A DNA stretch of 28,341 bases. Origin: a virus. Its lineage: Duplodnaviria; Caudoviricetes. Below, in pieces: positions 8,050 to 21,939 of this stretch; positions within the stretch are counted from its first letter, which is position 1; every line of letters begins with the position of its first letter. Location: IMG/VR virus record IMGVR_UViG_3300031972_001000, positions 1 to 28,341 of that record, one strand, 5' to 3'. The position numbers and the translations under genes were made by a program. The notes beneath the pieces were generated by a model. It saw only the letters and a program-made list of their open reading frames with translations, was not told the DNA's origin and did no database searches.

Positions 8050-8448
8050 TCAGACCCAGCCGTCCAGTTGCAGCGTCACACCGTCGGAGATGATCAGCAG
8101 GTCACCCTCGACGACGGGGATGGGCTTCGTGGCCACGAGGTTCCATACGAAGTCGCCACCCGACAGCGCCGTCCACAGGCTGAAGTGCGACACCGACAGG
8201 TCCGCGATCTCGCCGAGGGTGTATTCCATCGGGGCGCCGATCGTCTGCACGAACGCGTTGTCGTCGACCTCGGAGAAGCTGGGCACCTGGCGGTCGGTGT
8301 CGGCGATGACGTTCGCAGTGCCGTCGCTGCCGGGCAGTCCGTTGTGCGCCTGCATGTAGAGGCCGTTGACGACGAACGGCTTGCCGTTGAACACAGCGCC
8401 CATCAGTCCCTTGACCGTCCACAGAGACGGGCCGATGCTGTTGGCCAT
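8050..8448 (-). CDS. Minor tail / tail-tip protein
   Basis: 132 aa, RBS GAAAGGA; H.G.PG.DGTAN and SHFSLWTA..GG.F pattern common in actinophage tail-tip proteins. Confidence 0.7.
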   Translation of the reverse strand: MANSIGPSLWTVKGLMGAVFNGKPFVVNGLYMQAHNGLPGSDGTANVIADTDRQVPSFSEVDDNAFVQTIGAPMEYTLGEIADLSVSHFSLWTALSGGDFVWNLVATKPIPVVEGDLLIISDGVTLQLDGWV

Positions 8449-8460
8449 GGGTGTCCTTTC

Positions 8461-8676
8461 CTAGTCCCGAAACTCGTCGAGTCGTTCAAACAGCGGGGCC
8501 ATCTCAGCCACCGCGGCATCCCAGTCGGGCCACTGCGCAACCCACTCGGGCGAGGCATCGAGCAGGTACGTATCCGGCTGGTCGCGCTCGTCGGATCCGT
8601 AGAACGTGCCGTCTGGACGCATGAACCAGTACCGGCCACCCGCGGCGCATTCGGCCATCTGCTCTGGCGTCATCAC
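8461..8676 (-). CDS. Small hypothetical protein
   Basis: 71 aa, ATGA overlap with upstream gene, fills the gap in the operon. Confidence 0.65.
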   Translation of the reverse strand: MMTPEQMAECAAGGRYWFMRPDGTFYGSDERDQPDTYLLDASPEWVAQWPDWDAAVAEMAPLFERLDEFRD

Positions 8677-9659
8677 GGCTCATCCCCCTCGGCGGCCACA
8701 CGCAGGCCGGCAAACGGGATGAAGCGGTTCTCCCGACCGAGGCCGGCGAAGCTGATCGACGATGGGATGCCCTGCGAGTGATCTGCCGCGGTGAAGCACC
8801 ATGCGTCGATCAGGGCGGCCGAGCTGCGAGCGATGTTCACTGCCGGTGCCGCGCCGACGTAGCGCGCCGTCTGTAGGCCGCCGGGGGCCGTCTGCTGGAA
8901 CGCGGCAAACAGCAGCTGTCCGGGCGTGCAGGACTGCGGCGTGCCGATCGTCATATAGATGTAGTCGGGGTCAGCCACGGACGCGTAGGTGTCCTTGACG
9001 TTGCCTGAGCCCCAGGCTTTTTCGATGTTGCCGGTGTCGGGGTTGTAAACGCACAGCGCGACCTCGTAGTAGTCGATCGAGAAGATCGAGGTGTCCGCGC
9101 CGCCCACCCAGGAGATGCCCTCGACTGCGCCCTTGCGGTCGGCGATGATCGGGACGTAGTAGATGGTCCCCTCGGTCTCGCCGATCACGACGTCGGGTCG
9201 GAATACCGGCAGCACCGAGTGGTGGTACACGCCCGAGTAGACGAACTCGACGGGGTCGAGCAGGTTGCGCGCCTTCGGTGGTGTCGACGAGCCGCCGATG
9301 GTCGGGATGGTCAACTGCGAGCGAGGTACCGACACCATCTGCTCTTCGTCGCCGACGTAGGACAGCGTGGTGTTCATCGACGCCTGTACGTCCTGCAGCT
9401 CGACGATGGCCTCGGTGTTCAGGGTGAGGTTCTGCTCGACGTTGGTCGACCATCCTGACAGCCAGTCCCACGGGTCGAAGTCGGAGCCGGTGTCGACGCC
9501 GCCCATTGCAACGGCGATGTTCGCCGCGTTGCCCCGGTTGATCTCGGCCTGTCGGTCGAGCAGCTCTTTCTCAGTGAGCCGCTTCGGCGTTGTCGGCGTG
9601 CCACCGGGTATCTGTCCGACGCGCTCGAAGTACCGCTCCCAACCGGGCCCTTCACTCAC
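8673..9659 (-). CDS. Minor tail protein
   Basis: 328 aa, GTGA overlap; coiled-coil segment followed by a beta-rich domain; position in tail cluster. Confidence 0.75.
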   Translation of the reverse strand: MSEGPGWERYFERVGQIPGGTPTTPKRLTEKELLDRQAEINRGNAANIAVAMGGVDTGSDFDPWDWLSGWSTNVEQNLTLNTEAIVELQDVQASMNTTLSYVGDEEQMVSVPRSQLTIPTIGGSSTPPKARNLLDPVEFVYSGVYHHSVLPVFRPDVVIGETEGTIYYVPIIADRKGAVEGISWVGGADTSIFSIDYYEVALCVYNPDTGNIEKAWGSGNVKDTYASVADPDYIYMTIGTPQSCTPGQLLFAAFQQTAPGGLQTARYVGAAPAVNIARSSAALIDAWCFTAADHSQGIPSSISFAGLGRENRFIPFAGLRVAAEGDEP

Positions 9660-10525
9660 GCAGAAACCACCAAGCCCGAGAAATGCATGTAGTCGGAGAG
9701 CGCCGTGTAGGAGGCTGAGCCGTCGACCCGCTCGGTGTTGATGAACACGACCGCGCCGTTTCCTGCGGTCACCTTGCCTACCGTGTCGGCCGAACCTGCG
9801 GCGGGCCCGGGCGAGAAGTTCAGCCGCTCTTTCGCCACGCCACCGATGCCGCGACAGATGCCGATGACTGGGCCGTCGATCGCATTCAGGTGCGCCACCA
9901 GATTCACCTGAATGTTGCTGCTAGTGGCCTCAAACCGGCACTCGCCCTGCGGGATGACGCGGTAGTCGAAGTTGTAGACACCGGCGTCGATGTTGATCTG
10001 GGCCACCGTGATAGGGCTGCCCACGCTGCCGCTCGGCGCGTCACTCAAGCTCGACGGCCAGTGCAACCGGCCCACCTTCGGCCACGCCAGCTCGAACTCG
10101 GTGGCACCCGGTGCGACGACGAGCGCCTGCCCCGCGACGGGCGTCTCGGCGTAGTCCTCCGGGGTGATCAGCGCGGCGCCGGGCGCACCGTCCGCGCCCA
10201 CCCGCACGCCCAGGTCGACCGCCACTAGTGGCCCGGCTGAGTCGGTTGCCGGGGACAGCTCGCGCAGTTTGAACGTGACCGCGGTGGGGCTATCGGCGGG
10301 CAGTGCCTCGACATTGCCCTCGACGAATGTGGTCGAGTAGGCCCTGGGGCCCTGAGCAAGCGCGCCCCATCCCGCCTTGCCGTGCGGCGCCGCGACGAGC
10401 AGATAGGCGCCCGAATCCTGCGTGTCGACAGCGTTCTTGAGCATGTGGAACTCGGTCATCACGAACTTGAGCCACTCGCGCCCGTAGGCGTCGGTGTACT
10501 CGGTCGCGAATACCTGCTTCTGCAT
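9656..10525 (-). CDS. Minor tail protein
   Basis: Preferred start ATG 10525 (MQKQVFAT) with AAGGAG RBS; short Gly-X-Y stretch; position in tail cluster. Confidence 0.75.
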   Translation of the reverse strand: MQKQVFATEYTDAYGREWLKFVMTEFHMLKNAVDTQDSGAYLLVAAPHGKAGWGALAQGPRAYSTTFVEGNVEALPADSPTAVTFKLRELSPATDSAGPLVAVDLGVRVGADGAPGAALITPEDYAETPVAGQALVVAPGATEFELAWPKVGRLHWPSSLSDAPSGSVGSPITVAQINIDAGVYNFDYRVIPQGECRFEATSSNIQVNLVAHLNAIDGPVIGICRGIGGVAKERLNFSPGPAAGSADTVGKVTAGNGAVVFINTERVDGSASYTALSDYMHFSGLVVSA

Positions 10526-10533
10526 GAGTCTCC

Positions 10534-11082
10534 TTAGCTCTGGGGCGCGAGCGTCCACACGTTGAACGCCGCCCATAGATCGCTGATGTTTCGCCGCAGC
10601 ATCACGCTCGAATGTTCAAGCGGCTTACCGTCACCCATCTGCACAGTCAGCTCGCGCGTGCGGCGGTCGGAGCTGAACGAGACGAGCTCGATGTGGTCAG
10701 TGAACAGCTTCGTGCGCGCCGCGTAGACGAGCGTCATGAGCGCGCCGGGGAAGATATCTCGGCCGAGCCGGTAGGGCCCGTTCTGGCCGCGGAAAGACGC
10801 GATGGCAGTCGTGTATCCCCTTGACGCCCAGAGCACTTGGATGAACTGGAACAACGCCTCTAAGTTGTACGGAGACGAGTTGGTGGCGGTGAATACCTCG
10901 ATGGCCGGGTGGTAGGGGCCGACGTCGTTGCGGCGGTCGTAGTGCTGGATCAGCTGGAACGCGAAGAACGCATCGTTGAGGAACCCGTCGAGCAGGTTCG
11001 ACGGCACGCCGGTAAACCCGATGATGATCATGGCCGCGTCGATCACGAACGACAGCCACGCGTTGATCAGGTCGTTGAGCCA
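10534..11082 (-). CDS. Minor tail (hub / Gp37-like) protein, C-terminal part in the +1 frame
   Basis: WLNDLINAWLS...FLNDAFFAFQ...PYRLGRDIFPG...LTVQMGD. No credible independent start or RBS; continues the upstream ORF if 11083-11134 is skipped. Confidence 0.75.
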   Translation of the reverse strand, partial: WLNDLINAWLSFVIDAAMIIIGFTGVPSNLLDGFLNDAFFAFQLIQHYDRRNDVGPYHPAIEVFTATNSSPYNLEALFQFIQVLWASRGYTTAIASFRGQNGPYRLGRDIFPGALMTLVYAARTKLFTDHIELVSFSSDRRTRELTVQMGDGKPLEHSSVMLRRNISDLWAAFNVWTLAPQS

Positions 11083-11092
11083 CTTGAGTTGT

Positions 11093-11140
11093 CCGAAGGT
11101 CGGTGCCCCACCAGTTTCCCGGTGGGGCACCGACCTTCGG
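11093..11140. repeat. Perfect 20-bp inverted repeat with 8-nt loop at the frame break of the hub gene
   Basis: CCGAAGGTCGGTGCCCCACC (11093-11112) - AGTTTCCC - GGTGGGGCACCGACCTTCGG (11121-11140). Confidence 0.97.
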
Positions 11141-12315
11141 CGACTTGCCGCCTATGATGTGTTGCCACCCCAGGGGGGTGCTGTGCTTGATCTTGCACGA
11201 CATGATCGCCGACCGGTCTCGTACCACCTCCCCGTCGGCAACGATGTCATCGGGGGTGATCAGCACCGCATACGGCGGCACGAAATCCAGACCGAGCGCG
11301 GGCGCGATGTGCAGACCCTCGGGCGCGTACTCGCCGTTCGGGTTAAGCAGCGGGTCGAGCGTCTTGCCCAGCAGCGAGCCTTGCGCATCCACCACGGCGC
11401 GCAGGCCCGAGTCGAGGATGTTCTTGAACGGGCCCTCGATCTGGCTGCGGTCCTTGACCGTCATGACGTAGGTGGGCACCTGCAGGTTCGCCCACTTATC
11501 CGGCTGCGGCATCCCCGGCCGCCACAACGTGACTCGCACGTCCACGCCGTACGCGGGGGTGATCTCGCGAATCAGATCGCCGACCGTGGACATGCGCACC
11601 GTCTTGATGAACTGCGGCGAGGAGTCCCGCAGCAGGCCGGTGCGCACCACATACAGCGGCGTGTGCAGCGTCTGCGGGCCATCGTTCTCGATGCGCTGCA
11701 GCATCGTGCCGAACCAGGTCCGCACATCGGGGTTGAGCGAGAGCGCGTTGTTGAAGAACTCGTTCATCCCGGTCTGGATGCGGAACGACGACTGTGCCGC
11801 AGCGGCTTCCAGCACCGTGCACATCGGGCCGGCAAAGGTGGCGTGCGAGAAGGGCTGCGTCTGGATCGGCAGATACCACGACGGCCAGATCGGGAGGTAG
11901 TTCAGGATGTCGTAGATGCCGACGAGCTCCGAGGTGTAAACCCACGCACCGTCTTTGAGTTCCTCGGTGTGGTGCTTGACGTAGAACGCCTCGGAGACAC
12001 CCTCGGTCTCGATGATGACGCCGACCATGGTGTTGACGCAGTCGGCGAGGTAAGGATTGAGCCAGTGCCCGCCCTTGAGCGTGAGCGTGGCCTGCGGAGC
12101 GTTGTTGCGCGGGATCGTGCCCGCGACCTTCATGTAGTCGGCGGCGACACCGATGGGGTTCCAGAACTTGTCGCAGACCGTGACGGTGTAGTCGGTGTCC
12201 TGGTTCTCGAACGCCTCGGCCAGGCGGTCGGACGCTTCGGCTGCGCGCCAGGCGATGTCGGATTCGAGATCCTCGGCCCAGCGGTCGAGCAGTTCGTCGA
12301 CCTGCGCGGAGCTGA

Positions 12316-12319
<4 letters not shown>
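11135..12319 (-). CDS. Minor tail (hub / Gp37-like) protein, N-terminal 395 codons
   Basis: VTVCDKFWNPIG, IWPSWYLPIQTQP, WRPGMPQP, IIGGKSPK. The frame formally continues to 10697, but as an Arg/Pro-rich, off-frame-looking tail. Confidence 0.8.
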
Positions 12320-17822
<5,503 letters not shown>

Positions 17823-18257
17823 CTACATCCATCCGGCGTCGGCCAGTTCGGTTTCGGTCTGTGCGGCCAGCTCGGCGTCGCGGTCCTCGGCCTCGGCGCG
17901 CAGCCGCAGGTCGACCGGGTCGGCAAGCTGGTAGTCGCGCGGGTCGAACCGGACGTCGTTCTCCTCGGTGCTGTGCACCGCCCAGTAGCCCGAGCGCAAC
18001 CGAAGGATCTCGTTGTGAATCTCGTACTGCACCAACTGATCAGGCGTCAGCCGGCCACCTCGCCGCGCCGTCTTGTACGCGCTGGTGTCGCGAAGTTTGT
18101 CGAGCACCGCCAGCAGGCGGCGACTCGACAGGTAGGGGGCGTTGGTGTCGGGGTTGATCGTCAGCCGGTGCCAGAGACCGATGTCGAGGCCCTTGTCGAG
18201 CAGATCGCTCTCGATCTCCTCGGGCCACAGCAGCCAGCGCGCGAGTGCGTCAGCTAC
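17823..18257 (-). CDS. Tail assembly chaperone, frameshift extension (gpT-like)
   Basis: Frame open from just after TGA at 18297-18299 down to 17823: VADALARWLLWPEEIESDL...LSSRRLLAVLDKL...; lies between gpG and tape measure. Confidence 0.8.
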   Translation of the reverse strand, partial: VADALARWLLWPEEIESDLLDKGLDIGLWHRLTINPDTNAPYLSSRRLLAVLDKLRDTSAYKTARRGGRLTPDQLVQYEIHNEILRLRSGYWAVHSTEENDVRFDPRDYQLADPVDLRLRAEAEDRDAELAAQTETELADAGWM

Positions 18258-18747
18258 TTTTCGAGTCGCGCCGGCGACGCTCCTCCATCTGCAGATTCAT
18301 GACCGACCACTGCACGTCGATCTGCCCCGGCACCCCGCCGGCGGCCAGGAACCGCTCATACGTCGGGGGTAGCGCGCCGCTCGCGAAGTACGCATCGCGT
18401 TCTGCCACACCGTCATCAGAGTCAGCCATCAGCGCGATGCACAGCAGCTCGTCCTCGTTGATCAGCTTGCCCTTGTACTCGGGCGGCCAGACGCGCTGCT
18501 TGGACCTCTTGTTCGTCACCGGGTGGGTGACGGTCTCCTGATCCAGCCCCTTGGCCATGAACCTCATGTGCTCGAGGAACCGGCGCTTCATGACCGGCGG
18601 CAGGAAGTGCGGGTTCGGCAACGTCCACTTCTGACCGTCGCCGAGGTCGAACTCGTAACCGGCGAACACCGACAGGAACTCGGCGGCCTGCTGCATCGCC
18701 TTCTCGGGCGAGACCGGGCCGCGCTCGGTGTTGTCGTCGTCGCTCAT
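18250..18747 (-). CDS. Tail assembly chaperone (gpG-like)
   Basis: 165 aa after major tail; GGAGG RBS; ends ERRRRDSKSS. Confidence 0.85.
   Translation of the reverse strand: MSDDDNTERGPVSPEKAMQQAAEFLSVFAGYEFDLGDGQKWTLPNPHFLPPVMKRRFLEHMRFMAKGLDQETVTHPVTNKRSKQRVWPPEYKGKLINEDELLCIALMADSDDGVAERDAYFASGALPPTYERFLAAGGVPGQIDVQWSVMNLQMEERRRRDSKSS
18257..18265 (-). other. Candidate programmed frameshift site C_TCG_AAA_AG (+1 or -2)
   Basis: gpT frame is +1 relative to gpG; a -1 slip gives AAG TAG (stop). Confidence 0.65.
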
Positions 18748-18807
18748 GGGCTGTTTCCTCCAGGGCTGTTGTTGGGCTGCTTGGTGATTCGACCCGCCGT
18801 GTGGCGA

Positions 18808-18851
18808 GCCCAGCCCGGTGCGCGAACAGCCCGAACGCGCACCGGGCGGGC
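18808..18851 (-). promoter_or_regulatory. GC-rich stem-loop after the major tail gene
   Basis: GCCCGGTGCGCG (18813-18824) / CGCGCACCGGGC (18836-18847), extendable by 4 bp past a bulge. No U-tract. Confidence 0.7.
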
Positions 18852-18858
18852 GACTTGG

Positions 18859-19974
18859 TTACGTCTCGGTGATCGTGACGCTGTTCGAGTTCGGCGTGGT
18901 CGCCACCGCACCGTTGGTGCCCTTGACGTTGGCGCGCAACAGGGATGCGCCCGCGGTCAGGCCGGTCACGGTGAGGGTGACCGTGGAACCGGCCACTACC
19001 ACACTCTCGGGCTCGATGAGCGAACCCCAGGTGACACCCGCGTCGGTGGACTGCTGCACACCGGCAGGAGCCTCCGAGTAGTCCCACGGGTCGCCGGGGC
19101 CGGTCGGCACCGGGAACGCCAGGGTGGCGGTGTTGTCGTCGGTGGCCGTTGCGGTCGGCGCGGTCGCCGACAGTTCCGGCACACCACCGAACGCGGTCCA
19201 GCCGTCCCCGCCCCACCAGGTGTAGACCAGCACCGGCTGGTACTCGCCGTCCTGGAATGCCATGAACCGGCCGTCATCGACGGGCAGGTAGGTGAGCTTG
19301 GCGCCCTCGGAGTCCTTCTTGTCCTGCTTCGAGGAGCCGATGTCGTCGAGGCGGGCCAGGCACACGCCAGTCACCGACCAGACGGGCTTACCGTCCCAGA
19401 ACCGCTCACGCAGGAACAGGAACCGGCGGCCCGGGTTGGAACCGTTGAGCAGGCGCCCGTAGCCGGCGTTCGACCAGCCGGGATCCTCGACGAGGCTGTT
19501 GCCGTTCGCATCGAACAGCGGCAGGTTGTTGCGCAGCCGCTGATACACCGGGTCGGCGGTGTCGACCATGGTGAAGCTGAACGGCTCCACCTCCTCGGTC
19601 AACAGCGTGTCGTAGGGGCTGTTGGACTGCTCGATCATGAAGCGGTCCTGGGTGATCTTGGGCTCCATCGACGGGCCGTCACCCTCCTTGAACGCGCCCG
19701 TGCCGTAGAAGCCCTCGTTGGCCTCGGTGTTGGTGACGTAGATGCCGCCGACCTTGTGGCGGGCGAACAGGTCTCGGCGCAGCTTCCCGTCCTGGGCGAA
19801 CGGCGACCAGCGCACCGAGCCGTCGGAGTTGTGCGGGCTGATGTCGGTGGCCACACCGCGGGCATCGCTGACGGCGGCGGCCTTCGCATTGCCACGGCGC
19901 AGGAACTCGGGTGCACGGTCGTTGAGATGCGCGGCGTTCCACGAGCCGCCGGTCTCCGGTCGCAAATCAGGCAT
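18859..19974 (-). CDS. Major tail protein with C-terminal Ig/FN3-like domain
   Basis: Preferred start ATG 19974 with GGAAGGA RBS; WSPFAQDGKLRRDLF motif; Thr/Val-rich C-terminal beta domain. Confidence 0.88.
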   Translation of the reverse strand: MPDLRPETGGSWNAAHLNDRAPEFLRRGNAKAAAVSDARGVATDISPHNSDGSVRWSPFAQDGKLRRDLFARHKVGGIYVTNTEANEGFYGTGAFKEGDGPSMEPKITQDRFMIEQSNSPYDTLLTEEVEPFSFTMVDTADPVYQRLRNNLPLFDANGNSLVEDPGWSNAGYGRLLNGSNPGRRFLFLRERFWDGKPVWSVTGVCLARLDDIGSSKQDKKDSEGAKLTYLPVDDGRFMAFQDGEYQPVLVYTWWGGDGWTAFGGVPELSATAPTATATDDNTATLAFPVPTGPGDPWDYSEAPAGVQQSTDAGVTWGSLIEPESVVVAGSTVTLTVTGLTAGASLLRANVKGTNGAVATTPNSNSVTITET

Positions 19975-20067
19975 AGCTGACGTTTCCTTCCAGGATGGAT
20001 GAACGCCGAATGGCATCCGGCGGAATGGGGTTGGGCTGTTGGTGGTGCGGCAGAAGCCGCGACCCGA

Positions 20068-20505
20068 CTAGGTAGCCGGGACGAACGAGAGGCCGAGTCG
20101 ATACTCGGACACGAAACGCGTCACGACCGACTCGGCGGAATACGGTTCTTCATGGGCCGCGGCGATGATCTCGACCCAGTCGCAGTGCACGACACGGCCA
20201 TCGGAGAGCGTCACACCCCAGCCGGGATACTCGAGCAGCACGCGCATGCGGGCATCAGTCCCGGCCGCGGCGGTCGCCGCCTCGCCATAGGATCCGCCGA
20301 AGGTGTGCACATGCATCACCGGCTCATCGGAGTACAGCGTCTGCGGGCCCGTCACCCGGCGCACCGTGCGGTACGGCTTCGGCAGGTTGGTCGCCCACAT
20401 CTTGGAGCCGATCGACCCGGGGCCGGCTGTGATCGGTAGCAGCCACGAGCGCAGGAACACCTCGGCGTCGACAGCTGTCAGGTCGGGGGTGAGCGGCGCG
20501 CTCAC
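20068..20505 (-). CDS. Tail terminator
   Basis: 145 aa; PYRTVRRVTG...VHTF motif; immediately before major tail. Confidence 0.75.
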   Translation of the reverse strand: MSAPLTPDLTAVDAEVFLRSWLLPITAGPGSIGSKMWATNLPKPYRTVRRVTGPQTLYSDEPVMHVHTFGGSYGEAATAAAGTDARMRVLLEYPGWGVTLSDGRVVHCDWVEIIAAAHEEPYSAESVVTRFVSEYRLGLSFVPAT

Positions 20506-20810
20506 TGGTCACCCTCGGTCTGCTCGAGATGGTTCTGCGTCTTGGCGCGCACCGGGTTCGGCTCCTGATCCTCGGTGCCGAACTCCACCCAGTGGCTCTT
20601 GTGGTCAGAGAACTCGATCTCGACGCCGCTGTTCCCGACGCGGCCGACGCGGATCCCGTCGCGGTACTCGCCCTCGTCGACCGGGGCGATCGACTTCGCG
20701 TACTGCACACCCTGACGCGCGACAGCGAGCTTGTAGGCGATCACCTCGTCGTCATTCTCCAGCGCGTCGTCGATGTCAGCCTGGGGGATTAGGTCGCGAA
20801 GGTCGGCCAT
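20502..20810 (-). CDS. HK97 gp10-like head-tail protein
   Basis: AKSIAPVDEGEYRDGI...WVEFGT motif. Confidence 0.8.
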   Translation of the reverse strand: MADLRDLIPQADIDDALENDDEVIAYKLAVARQGVQYAKSIAPVDEGEYRDGIRVGRVGNSGVEIEFSDHKSHWVEFGTEDQEPNPVRAKTQNHLEQTEGDQ

Positions 20811-21235
20811 CAGCCCTGTTCCCTCTCGCAGATGCAGAACACGTGATCGTCGCGCCCGCGGAGGTCTTGCTCCAGCACGGCGTCACCACGCATCGCGTAC
20901 CGCAGTCCGTTGTGATGCAGCCACCCGTTGGCGTTGATGGCCACCTTGCCGTCGTCGTCCTCACCCGGGTTGTCGATGAAGAATGCGATTGGCGCCGGCT
21001 CGCCGTCGTCGTCCACCGCGGGCACTGAGCCGTCGATGATCGGCAGCATGGCCCAGGCGATCTCGGAGGTTGTTGTGGTGAGGTTCTGCGACTCGGTAGG
21101 CGTCTGAATCTCGAAACAGGCGTTGTCGACCCAGGCCGTCACGTTGTCGGTGATCGGCTCGCCCCAGTCGTTGTGGCCGGTGACGACCTCGCGCTCGATG
21201 CCGACGCGCTGGTTGCCGATTGGGTAGACGCCCAT
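20810..21235 (-). CDS. Head-to-tail stopper
   Basis: 141 aa; DWGEPI and Y.M.GD...DHV motifs; gene order. Confidence 0.7.
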   Translation of the reverse strand: MGVYPIGNQRVGIEREVVTGHNDWGEPITDNVTAWVDNACFEIQTPTESQNLTTTTSEIAWAMLPIIDGSVPAVDDDGEPAPIAFFIDNPGEDDDGKVAINANGWLHHNGLRYAMRGDAVLEQDLRGRDDHVFCICEREQG

Positions 21236-21238
21236 CAG

Positions 21239-21610
21239 TCAGTAATCGAACTTCTTGAACCGGCCACGCGGCGCCGCGGTGGCGCTCAGTCCGAGCATGC
21301 GCCGATGTCGCGGGGTGATCAGATCGTCGACCGCCTTGGCCATGTCGTCGAACGTCCCAGCCTCCTGGCGCCGGCTGGTGATGTTCTGGAACGACGAGAG
21401 CACACTGAGGTGGCCATACATCGCAGCGTCGCGCACGACCTCGAATACGACCTGCTTGGCCGCATCTTCGTTCGCGTCCGGCGCCAGGACGCGCACCCGA
21501 TCAGAGGCCACCTGCAGTAGGCGGGTGGCCGTCGTTGTCTCGCCATCGGATAGCGTTCCGCCCTGGTACTCGGTGGTGAACTGCCCGATAGTCAGGAACG
21601 GGTCGGCCAT
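21239..21610 (-). CDS. Head-to-tail adaptor
   Basis: 123 aa; ATRLLQVASDRVR...AKQVVFEVVR; gene order. Confidence 0.7.
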   Translation of the reverse strand: MADPFLTIGQFTTEYQGGTLSDGETTTATRLLQVASDRVRVLAPDANEDAAKQVVFEVVRDAAMYGHLSVLSSFQNITSRRQEAGTFDDMAKAVDDLITPRHRRMLGLSATAAPRGRFKKFDY

Positions 21611-21939
21611 CAGCCCTCGGAGCGTCGCCGTGAGCGCGAGCGGCGGGGCTTCGGCTCAGTCTCAGCCTCGTCGGCGGCCTGAGCCTCAGCGCCATCGCTG
21701 AGTCGCGACGCCATGTCGGTCAGTCCGTCGACCAGCGCCGGTAGCCCGACGGTTACGCCGAACTCATCATCCAGGACCGCGCCCGCTTCACCGCCACCGG
21801 GCTGATACCGCTCCAGGTGGCCCGACTCAACCAGCGGTGCGGCCAGGTCGTCATCGACTTCGATGGGCGCCGTGGTGGGCCGCACGTGGTGGAGCTTGCC
21901 CACCACGCACGGCACCGTCACGACGTTGTAGAAGCCCAT
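21610..21939 (-). CDS. Hypothetical head-region protein (paralog of upstream gene)
   Basis: ATG at 21939 coupled by TGATG; MGFYNVVTVPCVVGKLHH... Confidence 0.7.
   Translation of the reverse strand: MGFYNVVTVPCVVGKLHHVRPTTAPIEVDDDLAAPLVESGHLERYQPGGGEAGAVLDDEFGVTVGLPALVDGLTDMASRLSDGAEAQAADEAETEPKPRRSRSRRRSEG

Noticed and set aside
10697-11134. C-terminal 145 aa of the 540-aa ORF as a real domain
   Set aside because: Arg/Pro-rich composition typical of an off-frame read of GC-rich DNA; the overlapping +1 frame carries the protein-like sequence.
11083-11134. GT...AG ends of the insert as a spliceosomal intron, or the insert as a group I/II intron
   Set aside because: Bacteria lack a spliceosome, the AG follows from the AAG repeat, and 52 nt is far too short for a self-splicing core.
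11093-11140. Hairpin as an intrinsic terminator or invertible switch
   Set aside because: No U-tract on either side; inverting the 8-nt loop or deleting the 48-nt hairpin does not restore the frame.
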